Assembly (NCBI GenBank): GCA_036172245.1
Contig: JAYWIR010000027.1
Span: 2,170,001-2,234,000, forward strand
Direction of reading: 5' to 3'
Length of the DNA stretch: 64,000 nt
DNA from: Raillietiella orientalis
Taxonomy: Eukaryota
Positions within the stretch are counted from its first letter, which is position 1; every line of letters starts with the position of its first letter. Made by a program: the position numbers and the translations under genes. Shown here in pieces: positions 23,401 through 39,300 of the stretch. The notes beneath the pieces are model-generated. The model was not told the DNA's origin, ran no database searches, and saw only the letters and a list, made by a program, of their open reading frames with translations.

Positions 23401-24214
23401 ATAAGACAGGGAGGGCTAAGGCTTTCCTTTGATCTTTTCTGGCGAAAGGCAACTGGGTACTCTCAGGCAGAAGACGATTCCATCATCACAGCCTTACAGA
23501 AGAATCTTTGTTCCATCGAAAGTAAATAAATAAATGCATAAATAACTAAATGGGAATCCAGAAGGCAAGTCAAAGGGGCTATGGCTGCCCATTTTCCGTC
23601 CCGTTACAAAAGCGAGACAGGTCCATGGGATCAAATTTACCATCGTGCTATTTGGATGCTCACCCACCAACTGGACATGCACTGATTTTTCCTTGTTCTT
23701 TGCCATTTTATTGATAGTTACAGGTATATGTGCGTTCGAGCTGTTTGTTCAAAAAAAAAAATGTTCGCAAGCGGTGTTTTTCACATTTCGGGAGAACGGG
23801 ACAAAAAAAAAACCACAGTTAATTTTTTAATGCTTCCTGTCTATACATTATGCTAATATTGCAATTCACGTCTAGGGAATTTGTCTGGTTATAAAAGTCT
23901 AGACATCCAGCTAACATGTGCTAGACGGAGATTAGCTTCTCGAGCTGGTGTACTGCTTGACGAGGAGGTCCAATACAGCGAGCAAATCCAAAGGTACGAC
24001 TGCGGGGAGCAGCATGCTCCTTCGCGTCAGTCGTGTTTCGCTGGCATTTTCGCAAAGTGTGGGTGTCGAGCTGCGGCGGTAGCTTTCCTAAGTCTCCTTC
24101 CTGGTAGGTGCTTTTGGTTAGTTTTGCAAAGCGTGTACTTTGTTTCTGTGCCGGAAAAAAAAAAAACCAAAAAAGTTCGGCATCAGGGCGCTTATGCATC
24201 ATGTGAAATTTCAG

Positions 24215-26461
<2,247 letters not shown>

Positions 26462-26805
26462 AGTAGATGTAACTATTCCCCTTCCTCTGGTCTACAAGAC
26501 TTTGTACATAGCGGATGTACATACTGGTGTGGTGCAGGACCTAGCACTGCTGAAGTTAGGAGTGTCGTTCCCATAGGGACAACCAGCAAGGAGACTGCCG
26601 GAAGCCTGGAGATGTCAATCTCTGGGTATTGATAGACTTGCTTTTCTCTTGTTGTTTGGGCTGCAAGCCCTTTTGTACAGTCATTTCTCTGGGCAATGTA
26701 AATAGAGAAATGGAAAGGATCTAGAGGAAAGGGTTTTTAGAATTAGCTTGTGCAATAAACCATTTCTTTAGCAAACCTCTCGACATGCAAAATTTCTTTT
26801 TGTCA

Positions 26806-29800
26806 TCAGTCTTCCAGCTTGATCTTCTTGATAGCCAGGCCAGACTTTGTGTCACTCGCAGACTTGGTAACGTGTTTCGAGTCCGTGCTACTCTGCAGCC
26901 ATCGAACCTGAGTGGCAGGCCCATAGCCTTTTTCATTGCGAGCTGCTATCCTGAAAATAATTGCAGGCTTGCTCGTGGTATCAATGTGGGCTGCAGTCAA
27001 AGAAGAGTTGCCAACTGTGCACTGGTTTAAAGCACCACAATACACACGAATGAAAGCGAGCTGATTGGAGGTACTTGTTACTGTCCTTGTGTCTCCCTGG
27101 GTACCAGTGATGGCACTTTTCACTGCCAAGTAAACAGAGTACTCTGTGATCTTGCCGATCACATCTTGTGGTGGCTCCCATGTCAGGTGGGCGCCATCTA
27201 CAGACTTGGTAATTTTGATAGCAGACGGAGCCCCAGGGTAACCAGGCAGACACGTTTTAAACGCTGACACTTCGCTCCAGGGACCTCTTCCACAAGCATT
27301 GATGCCAGCCACGCGAAACTTGTATGCAGTACCGGGCTGCAAATCGACTTTTTTCAAGAGACTCTGGCAAAGTTCACTGTCCAAGTCTAGTTCCCTGCGT
27401 TCAGAGCCTTCTGAAGGCAGGTAATACGACTGCACTACACAAGATGATCCTTTAATAATGCCCACGTCAAACCACTGTTCTTCAGGTCGACGACTAACTT
27501 CCGACTCTAGTTTCAAATGCTAACCAAGCAGCACATGTAATAACATAATCAGATTTGTTTTTCTTTACCTCCATAATGTTATTTCCCACACTTATTGGAT
27601 CACTTGCTGCCATACTACTTGCAGCCGTGGCTAACGTGGCAAGTGGATCTACTGAATCTAAAACAGCAACTTTTTTCTCCTCTGGTGTTCCTTTGCTGTC
27701 TAAGTGAGCCACTTTGAGTGAATCGGAGAATTCCGCCTTGGTTTTGCAAACACTGAGGTCATCCTTGCTTGCAGAAAAAACAGGTGAGATGTCTCCTCCC
27801 TCTTCTTCATCAACAGCACCATCCAACTGAGGGATCTCCGTCAAACCCAGACTGCTACTCGCATCAGTGGACGCCTCAGAAATGGTATCTAGACCCATTT
27901 CTTGAACAGGGCCCAATATATTTTCACCATCTTCAGGAATAAGTGCATGTCCTTCTTCAGCATCCAACAAGCCGGCTTCTGCAGCTAAAGCTGCCAGGGC
28001 GACATCTGTAGTGACAGGGTCATCTCCGAGAGTATTAGAAATGGGATGAGAAATAACTAAGGAAGTCTTTGGCATTCCTGCCTCATTTCTTTCACTGGGA
28101 TTGCTGACGTCAGTCAAAGATTTCGACTGCCCAAATGACTGTGGAAGAACACTGACAGGCTTGTTGGCTAAGGAAACTGATTGTGCTCCCAATGTTAAGA
28201 ACTGTCCAGAATTCAAGATAGTTCCTCCCTGACTGGTCTTTGAAGATACGTTTATAGTTTTGGTGGATCCATCTTGACTGGGCACAGAGATCGTAATGGG
28301 TTTGGAATTACCAGTCAGTGAATCCATGCTGCTTGAAGAAACAACAATCATCTTGGGAATCACATTTACGGTGCTAGGTAGAGATGTGCCTGAAAATTTA
28401 TCCGTTTTACAAAGTTAAAATGCATGGTGGATAACAGAACCTGCTTGAGATGTCGTTATTGCCTGAATGCTTCTCAGGTTAGACGAAGTGGTCACCATTA
28501 TTATTTGGGAAGTTTGAGAACGAATCGACGTGTTTCCAGTTGGCTTGGCAATTACAAATGTTTGCTTGCCAGTCAAATTTTGATTACTCAAGCCCTGAGG
28601 TTTTGCTACAGTGATAACATTGGAAGGGAGGGTTTTGACCCCACTGACGATACGTGCCATGGTGCCCTGCATGCCAAATGAGTTCACTTTGCCCATCTTT
28701 TATAACTTGCTTGCTTACGGTTTGTCCTCCTTGTGCTGTGACCAATTTAACAATCGTAGCTCCAGGAGGCATTCCTTTGCCAGCCTGTGCTTGTAAAATA
28801 CCTTTACTCTGCACCAGACTAACTTTGGGAACCTGAAAGCCCCTATCCTCGATACCCTGGATCCAAAATACTTCCAACGACATACCGTTGTCACTGTCAT
28901 ACCCTGGCTAGTTTTCACCAGAGTTACAATCTGGGGCTGCCCCGTGCTTCCTATGATGCCAGAAGACTTTTGCAAAATTATTTGTTTCCCCTGCTGTGTG
29001 GATGTTGTGGATCCAGATGTCTGTAGCTGTGCTACTTTTAACCCTTGCTGAGTCATCACTCCTGATGGAAGCATACATGCAGTCAAAGGAGCTGGACATC
29101 CAGTGAAAGGTCAACAACTTCTACAGCTCAAGACGATAAATACCTGACAACTGCTGTCCTGTTGACGCTGTGGTTGATGCAACAACTGGAACTGGAAGCC
29201 TTACAATCTGAGCCTGACCAGAAGCATTGATAACTTTGATCTGATTTGAGACATTTGGTGACTGCACCTTGACCACACTGCTAAGTCCTACCAATCTAGT
29301 AGCAAACCACAGAATCACCAGATTATTTACCTTTCACAGATGGAGACGCGGAAAGAGCTGATGTTAAGGAAGTGCCAGTGGTGTTAACTTTGGCTACTGA
29401 TGGCGAACCACTGTTGTTTGCAGGAGCTGGCCCATATTTCTGAATTTGCAAAAGGTACGCCTCAGCTAGATATAATATTAAAAGTAAGAGATCATCAATC
29501 AAGAGAAAGCACACCAATGGGTACACTGCTCCAGCTTAGTTCCAGCTGGTGAGTGGAGGCACGAACCAGCTGAACACGGCCAGGAGCAGGTGGCTTTTCG
29601 GTTTCTAAAAACCACAGATCCTTGCAACAAACTTGATTGTTCCATGCTTTGCGATAGCCGTCTCTTCCAGACCAAACATACAATCTGGAATTTATGGCCA
29701 CTGCACAATGACCAGCTCTAGCTCTGGGTAAAGCATCTTCAAAAGCTTCCAGCGCAATGGATTCCCATGTCATGGAATCTAATTCCTTATGCAATTAATT

Positions 29801-32800
29801 TCCATGCTATGATCTCTCACCTAAATCCAGAGAAGCAAGTGTATTGGTACATTTCCATTCTTTCTCATGAGTGGCTACTTTTACATCATCAATGACTAGA
29901 GGCACCCATCCGCCAAATATGAACATTCTATGCCCGATCAACGTCGCACTATGCAATGAACGAGGTAAAGGAGGGATCCCATTAACAACTGGCTTGCTCC
30001 ATGTCATGGATGCTAAAAATACCAACTAGGACGTAGCTTAAGAATCAACACACCACACAGGACTTCTGAGTCATTCTTAGGGTACTTACTGATATCTAGC
30101 ATCCATAAATCTCCAAGGCGACAGCCACTCATACCGCCATAAATAATGAGAGAGGGCTTATTATTTTCTTTGAAAGAATATGCTACCGATGTGTGGGATT
30201 CTCTTGGAGGAGGAGGCTGCCCAAATGTCATGGGAATATCCCAAGACATCATGCTCGAGTTCGGTTTCAACTCCAATGTATACAAATCATTCAAATAACT
30301 GGGGAAATTTCTGCATTTACATTTCAAAAATCAAGATTAATTATTAAACTGAAATACTTAACATACTGATTCAAATGCCAACTAAATTAATAAACTTAAT
30401 CTCAGCAATTCATTTTAGAGATCCATTACATGAAATAACCGAGATAATGTGAAATAAAAGCAAATATTTGCAAAACTTATCTGTAAAGTTTAACGTTTCT
30501 GAACATATATATATACTTTAAAGCACTCGATAACTATGAAACCAATGATTACCGGGGGATATTGTTCTTTGGATCTTCACTATCATTAGCTAATCCTCCA
30601 AATAAATATACTTTGTTGTTAATCAATGTAAAGCTATGTCCTAGTCGTGGACAAGGTGGAATGCCATTTTTTGGTGGTTTGGGCTTCAGTCTTTTCCATT
30701 CCCACTTACTGGCCTGGAAATCACTCTCGTGAGCAATGAAATCAGCTATTATTTAAATTTTTTTTTTTCAAATTCAGTACCTTCAGCTGCGATCCAAAAC
30801 AATTTGTTAAGCATTTTATGGCATTCCAAACAAGTTTTGAAAAGTATTTGTGAGGTTACATGCACTGATTCGATGGGAAAATTAAAAGCGTGCATCACGC
30901 CTTCCCAACGGAATCCTTCAATGATAATAAGCTCAAAAATGGAATAATTCTCACAGCTGCATAAAATAAATGCAGAACACACTGTAATGTATGTTTCTAA
31001 ATCCTCCACAAGCTTGGTCGCAGGGTTTCATAATAGAGTACGTAGCATATTTAGGTATTTGATCAACATACACAGAATGTAAATATCGTAACAACTGTGT
31101 CTTTACAAACATTTGATGAGATCATTTACACGCAGCAGAATACTGTTAACGACATGCCCAGAAAGCAATGCACATGTGGTCATGCAATCTCTCCCAAGTT
31201 CAAACAGGAAGGCACAATGAAGATGCAAACCAAAATACAGTGCATTGAAATAAGAAGTTTCTCGGAAAACAGACCGGCTACAAGGATTCCGACGGCATTC
31301 CTAAAGAAATAAGGGCAACGTAAGCGACTGATTGCAAATAAGACAACATTTCTCATATTGCAAACAAATTTCCAACTGACATCACAACACTGTAAGGAGC
31401 ACAAGTAATACAATTAGCTCTGGAGCTACACTTAAATCACGTAACGTAAATTTGCTGTCTTTCCCGGGAAAGCTGATTCCCACGAGTCACCCCCTAGAAT
31501 TTCGAGTCGATGAAACTCCCCCCCCCCCCACCCAAAGGCGGTTCAAACGGTCCCACGGTTCAATGAGAAGAGTTCCAAGTTCAAACATTCCTATAAAGAC
31601 CGGATTGGTTACCTGGGAAACAACACAAGAAGCCGAAATCCAAGCAAGAAGGCGTCTCACAGGCTGCAAAACCGTTTCGTTCCCGATAGAAGCCCCATCG
31701 GCCCAAACGCTGAATGATCCTTAATGCGGAGAGCGATTTTGCAAAAGTCGGATAAACCCACTCATAGAAGTACTACCATATGCACATGGCATGAACCCCG
31801 ACGGTTGCTGACCGACACCACCTTTTGCTTTTCCACATTCGATCCGACTCCTCATCTGCACTGAACCAAGGGAGAGGGTTTCGTTTCAACAGACTGCAAA
31901 GCAGCAGCACCAAAGGAAGGCATAGGTTTCACCTATCGGAAGCAACTAGTAGTAGGCGTGAAGTCTTCCGATGTGATATTGGGTTATTGCTAAGCCAGGC
32001 GGTTTTTTCACTTTCGAAAACGTATCAAAGGAAACAATCAGAAAAACAGGAGATACGCATTCATGAGATGGTCACTTGAGCAGCATCACGTCTGGACGAA
32101 TGTGTAAACCGGAAGAGCCTCGGAAGGTCTAAGCACGGAACATCAGAAGGATGGAAACATACGAAGGGAAACATTTGGTTTCCCATTCTGTGACAGAGTT
32201 CCCCGAGACACGGTCCTGTTGTCATTTACTTCCCAAGTCGTTCAGGAAAATGGAAACCCTTCAAGGAGTTGGGATCCTCACACCGATTTGGGGTAAACGA
32301 GTAACTGCTGATATGCATTGCAACTATGCACCAACCGAATCGATGTTGAAAATCTGAAACTGTACCAAACAGAGAATGCAGATGGACTGATCCTTCTGTG
32401 GGGGAGAAACCTCGAAGCAGGACACCCTCGAAATGCACTCCTCTGTAGGAAACAGACAGGGTGGACATCCATGTGGTGACAAAACAAGGAAACGTGCAAA
32501 TCAAGTCCACATTAAACATCGTCAAAGTCTTAACCAATTCTATAAGAATCGAACGAAGAATCACATGAGAATAGGAAGAAACAAAAACTTGATGCGGAGA
32601 AAAGTTATTGAGGTGCTTTCCAATTCATTCCTCAGATTACTTATCATGAACCCATGGACTCACGTCGAAAATTTACAAGTTCAAAGTTTTACATTCACGA
32701 GAAAATTGAAGTATGCTTCCACAAAACTCTAAGCATGCTGACCTTTGATACTCAAAAATGCAAAAAGACGAGAGCAAACACAAAACTCTGAAGACGAAGA

Positions 32801-35800
32801 ACACGTAGTTATCCCTGTACGGCCCTAGAATACATGCTTATAAACTTGTTTCTATTTGTCCCCTCATGTACAAGAAGGTAATTGTGACCGGCGGACGTGC
32901 CATCCGGTTTTCCTTCTGAAGCACAACTCCACGAATTCATCGGCTACTTTTTCTCGTTTTTAAATCGCCTCCACAAAGTGTATCTGCTCGCCTCATCATT
33001 CCGGAATAGCTTACTTGGCAATATGGAGGAAGGCTACACAAACACAGCTGTTTACTTCAACAGCCGGCACGTAGCTGCGACCTTTCAGTCAAGTAATTTC
33101 TGCTGGCATTGAGGAATAAACAAACAGGACGTCCAAGATTACAGTCTCCTCACCGAAGTTGCTAACCGGACAGACAGGAATGAACTCCAAGAGACTAAAC
33201 AGAGCCACTGGTATTTTCAGACTCCTATTTCAAGTTACACTGCATGCGGTGACACCGCTTGAAAGCAACGGGAAACAACGAATACGAAGAAATCAAACGG
33301 ATGGGAGGAAAAACGGAGGGACGGGAAGATAGGTAAAGCTCAGGAAACGGAAGGGTGCAGCTTTCGGATCTCTTTCCGACTACAAGGAAGCACTTGGGAA
33401 TAGAAAGGGCATACCACACTAGCCAGCTCCAGTTCGCTCGAATGTTCGCTTCCCTATTTCATCAGAAATGAAGCTGGGAGACCCGGAGGACTCCTCAACA
33501 GCCTTTGGTTTTAAAATGACGACGAAGCAAAAAATACGGAGGCTCGAAAGACGAATGAGTTTACAAGCGAATCCGGGACACCCACACACGCAGAAATGAG
33601 TGAATCTGTGGATTCCAACGCAACATTTTCCCTCTTGCGTGCAGGCTTTTCGAAGTCGGGGCTTTCGGAACCTTCGACTACTACTGGTTGACCTCACGTT
33701 TCCACCAACTTCCGTGATGAAACGACGCGCGCGCGCGCAAAAAAAAAAAAAAAGGCTTAGCGCACCGCCTGCAGTCCGACGATAACAACAAATTATGGGT
33801 GATGCCATCACACGAATTTTTTTTTTTTTTTAGCAAAAAATTCACACGCAGTCAATTTCCAATCACGGAGCACAGCAGCAGCCGATCGGGAGATGCCGAC
33901 ATATCTCGTGCTGAAAGTCGCAGCGACCACCCCTCGCTCTTTCGTTCTTATTATACACAGCAAAGTACTAAGCATCCAATAAGCATTACGAACACAGTGA
34001 ACCGATTTCAAAAAACAGTCATCACTATACCTGCAACTCGTATAATTCATTAGTGTACTTTCCATATTCCACCATTCCACCGAATACCAAAATTCTGGTG
34101 CCATCTACCACAAAGCCATATGCAGCACATCCAGGCGGAATGTCACCTTTCACAGGAGGTACAAACCATTGATTCGTGCCTAATAAAAAAGAAACTTGCA
34201 AAATTCGAACAAGTATACATTCAATTATTGATACACTTTCTAATAATTTCTGGAATTCTTTTTTTTTTTCCATCAGAAAATGGAATAAGCCAGTTGACGC
34301 AAAGCATCTACATTTTCCTCCACTTGTACATTAGCACTGTTTGGATGTAGCCAAAAGGATAATAATAATAATATTTCAAACATTATGCCTGGAAAAAACT
34401 TTATGCAAATGTGACTGACTATAAGGCATTACTTCATTGCATGTGCACTGAGCTTTGTATTTCATCACAACGCTACAGCAGAAATTCACTTCGAAAAACA
34501 TCTAAGGAAATTGGTGACACTGAAATTGAAGCGAAAGGCGCCAAAAGGAAAAAAGTGTCCGTTTTCTGGAAAGTGGGCAAATTTTCACCGTATTCTAAAA
34601 TTTAGTGCTATCTACAAGAACCCTTTTATTGCTTCACGTGCGAATACTTAGGAACTCGACTTTCGGTGGAACACAAGAGCCCCTGAAACAAATCGCTATC
34701 AGTTCTCCAGCTTTTTGAATACTTCCACTACATTTTATCTTCATTAGGCCACACGGAAGAGAAACTCTACACGTTTCCAATGAATTCCGGATCCGCCAAG
34801 AACGTTACTACAGACACCACGACCAACGACGGTGCATCTCGGAGGACCAAGGGAAGCTTCGAGGAACCCCAAAGGAACCGTCGAATGTGAAAGGCACTGC
34901 ACACCCACGGTGTCTGTGCACAGCTGCGCTTTCAATTCAGGGAAGACAACGCCAGCAGGAACGCAGAAATCGCTTCCCGACCTCTTTTGGACAAGACCAA
35001 AGCTTGGGTCAGGTCAGCACGTGCAAAACCTTCACAAGACAGCCTCCGGAGATTTCTTCACTTAGCTGACGAGACACAGGGGCACAGTTAGAAACCCTTG
35101 GTGTGCAAACTGCAGCAAATTCATCTGCTGTTCGGCAACCACAAATACATTTGGCGTACATCATCTTTCCTTGAATGGAACACCTACACAGCAACACATA
35201 CGGGACCGATAATACATGTAGGAAACCACGAGCTATATACTGTTGTTCTGATTATTTTTTAAAACAAAAACAAACACCCTATCAACCTTCGAAAACGGAA
35301 GAGCACAGCACACAATCAATCTTGGAGAAGTCCTTCATCAGAAAAAGCCGATGAGTTAAAACTGGGATAGGCTGATGGGTCGGCGATGAGTCTGCAGATA
35401 AGAAATCCGAGACACACAGCACACCAAGTTTCAGAAGTGTTTTGGAACTATCAAAACTGCAGATAAAATCAACCAATGAGTGATACACGATTTACGGTTA
35501 AAACAAGGGAAACGCGAAACCGAAAGCACATCATCAGCCGGATAAATTTTTCGACAAACTCCTGCAAGCTTAAGAGTCGAATGTTTCCTTCTGATGCGTT
35601 TCCTCTTCCTCACCACTAAGCGGTTTCCATCACCGAGCTGTCACCAGGCGACAACCAGGAAGACCTGCAACCCCTCAAATGACCAAAAACGTGAAATGTG
35701 AGGATGGACCCCCTTCCTTCCAGAAAGCCAACTTTAACGCCGACTGACGTGCTGATGCGATGGGATTCCCATACCAGAAGTCGTCGGTTCTGCTTAAGGA

Positions 35801-37527
35801 ACCATACAAAAGACATGGAGACGTCGATTTCAAAACAAGGAGAAGGAAGGAAACCGCCTTAGCATGCGTACGAAACATTCCTAAAAAACCGGGAACTACC
35901 AATACGCATTATACTGAAAAATGAGGATCGATCAATAATTTGCCACAAATTATCGGCGGGTGGCCTCACCACACTGCATCAGAGCTTTCTGGAACGCACA
36001 CCCCTAAGACGCGCACACACAGGAGGTTCGCAAAAAAAAAAAAAAAAAAATACGACCAAGCAGATCGGTGAGGAGCAGATGACTTGCAAACAACCTCTCC
36101 CCCCCCCTCCCCCACTTTTGGACAGAAAGCACACGGCGGACACGCGTGAAGAATGGTGGCGGCTGACGGCCACAGGGAATCGGGTCGTCCTGGTCCACGT
36201 CCATTCCATCATCGTCGCCTCGGAATTTGCTCTCCGGCGAAAACCACAGCTGCCCTTTCGAGTCGTTGCCACTTCTCGAAAATTCGGAGCGATGGGGGGG
36301 GGGGGCGTCCCGTTCTCCCTGGTGGAAGAAACTCCCGCTTACGAGAAGGCAGCGTGGTCAAGGCGATTATACGAACGGGACTGCCCTAGTGGGTTTCCTT
36401 AGTTCCCGCGTGGAGAACAACAAGCCCGTTCACTACGGACTGTGCTTTCCGGGATGCGAGTTTACGAACACCACCACGGATCACCGAGCTGGAGGCCGAA
36501 TTTCCCTTGACGCATCCCATGGTGTGCCTGCCACAGCTTCCCGTTCTCGCGAACCGGAAACCGAAAGCCAACATCCATTCCAAGCAATCCAGGGGATGGG
36601 GGGGGGGGGGAGGGGGACCAAGGAGCAGCCCCCAAATCCACAAGGGCAAAAATGCATGGGCGCGAGGGAAAATTCTTGGAAGGAAGCCCTCATACACACT
36701 CGGAACAGTTCGGATGGAAACGCGCGCACGCACGCGGGGGGACACACGTATCAGTTTCACGAGGCAGCTCGTTCTGATTTCACAGCAACGGGTGATACAC
36801 AACTCGAATCGAAATCCGTGAGGCAAAGCTTTCAAAATGCCCCCCTTTTTTCATTTGCGAGCCTTTCCCGAAGTGCAGGTGACCACGCTGCTAACATAGT
36901 ACTCCAAGCGTATCCTTTCGTTAGCTGCTGCTGCTGTCTCTCATCCAATGCTACAGCATGAAAGTAAAACGAAAACGTCCGGTTTCAACGAAATAGCCGA
37001 AAGCAGCAGGTCAAAACTCATCGCAAAAAAAAAAAACAAAAAAAAAAACGGGGAATCAGAACATGTATTTTTGTTCGTCTTTTGAGTGGGGAAACCTCGA
37101 CGGTGCCATACAGCAAACCAATCCTTAACTTGCAATACTTGGAAAATTGACTTTCCGTAAATTTGTTTAAGCTTGCAAATGTTCCAGTCTCATGCAACTT
37201 TGAATTCCCCTCGCAAGGTGAGAACAATTCAATTTTTATATATGACCAGATATTATGTCCCAATATTAACTTTCAGTTCAAGTCTCACTCTACGTGCACA
37301 TTACGCACGGACGCCATATTGTTTATTTCAACTAATGGTTCCGATCTATGCTCACACATTTACTTACTAGTGTTATAAACATGCAGTTCATCAACTATTC
37401 CTTCGTTGCCTCCACCGAATATTATCATCAAGTCTTTGATACCCACTGCTCTGTGTCCGTGTCGTGGTCTTGGGCATGGTCCACTTGTATTGATAACTCT
37501 CTTCCACTTTAACATGGGTGCCGCCAT
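26806..37527 (-). CDS. HCFC1: Host cell factor (Kelch propeller, basic/Ser-Thr region, acidic region, FN3, NLS); exons 37527-37368, 34179-34031, 30713-30553, 30298-30090, 30012-29821, 29778-29515, 29465-29331, 29287-29144, 29091-28886, 28832-28719, 28666-28441, 28389-27569, 27519-26806
   Basis: LKWKRV...[10 protein letters not shown]...[107 protein letters not shown], basic tail KKIKLED*. Boundaries in the low-complexity middle exons are less certain. Confidence 0.96.
32100..33000 (+). mobile_element. Possible RT relic in HCF intron 2 (antisense to HCF)
   Basis: EGLSTE ~32122 (DGLxxE), LLPK ~32226, LNIVKV ~32512 (LDIxKA), AD ~32891; weak, order-based. Confidence 0.25.
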
Positions 37528-38442
37528 TACTAAACACCACTGATGCAACTAATCCCATAATTCCGTTTAAGCGTCAAATTGTTTCGTAAAGCAAAAGTAT
37601 GATGCGTTAAAGTGGAAAATGGGACGTTTTCGGGTATAAACGTGGGTGCAGCAACTAGTGAATTCAAATTCTAAATGCTAAATAAGAAATGGAATTTTCT
37701 AAGAATCCAAAACTTTTCAACAGATTTTATAAAGCAACTGAAAGACTTTACTTTTTGTGTGCTTCATTCTTCAAAGTACTCAAAAGTCTTCACATATCTT
37801 TATGGAAATGTCTGCAGTGTAAATTCTTTTTATGATCCATGTAGTGGAGTTCCATATAGATGAAATGATGAAATAAAAAAAACAAACAATCTGACTGATT
37901 CCCGTAAGATGAGCCTTGATGTCCTATAGGTATATCGTGGCAAACTAATGCTGAACTCTTGAGAGTATGCAGTAAAATAGTTTTGAGCAAGTGTACTTTC
38001 TGGGAGAAATGAAGGAGAATGGGGCGCCCTTACACGAACTTTAAACTCTTGTCATATATCTCCAACATATTTCCTTGCCACACATTTCGAAGGCACCACT
38101 CTACGAACAGCAGAAGTATTAACTCTTTTCCTGGTAATGAATTTCATAATAGTAGAGAAAGCAAAAGGTTCCTTTCCAGTTTTCGTTTCTTGTCGCACAT
38201 ATGACCAAGCACTGTGCTTAATCTGTTCTTATTTTAGAAATACTGAAACAACTAAAACTGATATTCATTAAAAAGCTCCAAAGTCCAATCAACGTTCGTA
38301 ATCTTGAAAATGTGCAAAATGCAATCTGTTAGTTTTCTTCGAGTATTTTGTCAAAAATGCTAAACAAATTCTCACTACTTACAAAAATTTGATGATGACA
38401 GTTTATGAAACAGATTCCAACTATATTCATATCTATATCCAC

Positions 38443-38457
38443 ATGTATGTATGTATG

Positions 38458-38516
<59 letters not shown>
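38443..38516. repeat. (ATGT)n-(TA)n compound microsatellite
   Basis: atgtatgtatgt... followed by a long perfect TA run. Confidence 0.95.
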
Positions 38517-38518
<2 letters not shown>

Positions 38519-38699
38519 AGTCTAATTAATAAATAAATGTTAATTCAGAAATGAAAACAAATTTACGATTCTGATCACCAATCCAATGCAATTTTAGGCT
38601 CCCTCTCTAGGATTTCATCTCCTAAATAACATTTACAATTTAGATCACGTATGAAATTCTCAATCATTGACCTATATATATGTATAGCCCGGAGTTGCT

Positions 38700-39300
38700 C
38701 AAGTAAGCAAATATCTGCAATAGCTTAATTCGAGGTATTATTAGCTTTTGGCAAATTTTGTTATTACTCCGTGTCTTCCTATGCACAAAGATATCCTTAG
38801 GAAGATTTTCTCCTAAGAGTCGAAAACGACAATTCTGTAAAACACCAGAAAAATGTTACCATCGATAATTCGTGAAATCGGTCCCCCTGCAGGGACCCAA
38901 CACACCACACGTTTTCCTGATGGGTGAGGAGAAAGGATGAGTACTCCCTTTCCGAGATGCTTGCTCAAAGCAAGCCCAAGAATACACGCTGGATGTTCAA
39001 AAATCTTCAAGGTAAGGAACATCAAGGAAAAAACTGGAAATTTGTTTCTTGCTCAACCAGCAGCCGTGAGTTTGACAGGAACATGGGTTTCAATGGCTGC
39101 CGTAAACACCTTCTTCCTTCATCAGAGAACTGTCATTGGCAAAACCACTATGGCATTAACGTGCTTTTCTGCTGATTACCTTCTGTCTGATGGAACTTGT
39201 CTCATATACAAAACGATTTCCAATCAAACTGGACTGCAAGTTCCTGAAGATTAATAAAATTCCTTTTCTTGGAATTATCAGTTGCTCAGAAAACGAGCAC
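38700..39300 (-). mobile_element. AT-rich LINE reverse-transcriptase relic upstream of HCF
   Basis: FLTLKIFE ~39019 (FLDLxKAFD), VPAGGPIS...GNIFL 38897-38850 (GVPQGGPIS..LFNIF), A*EDT ~38785 (AYADD) in order. Confidence 0.45.
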
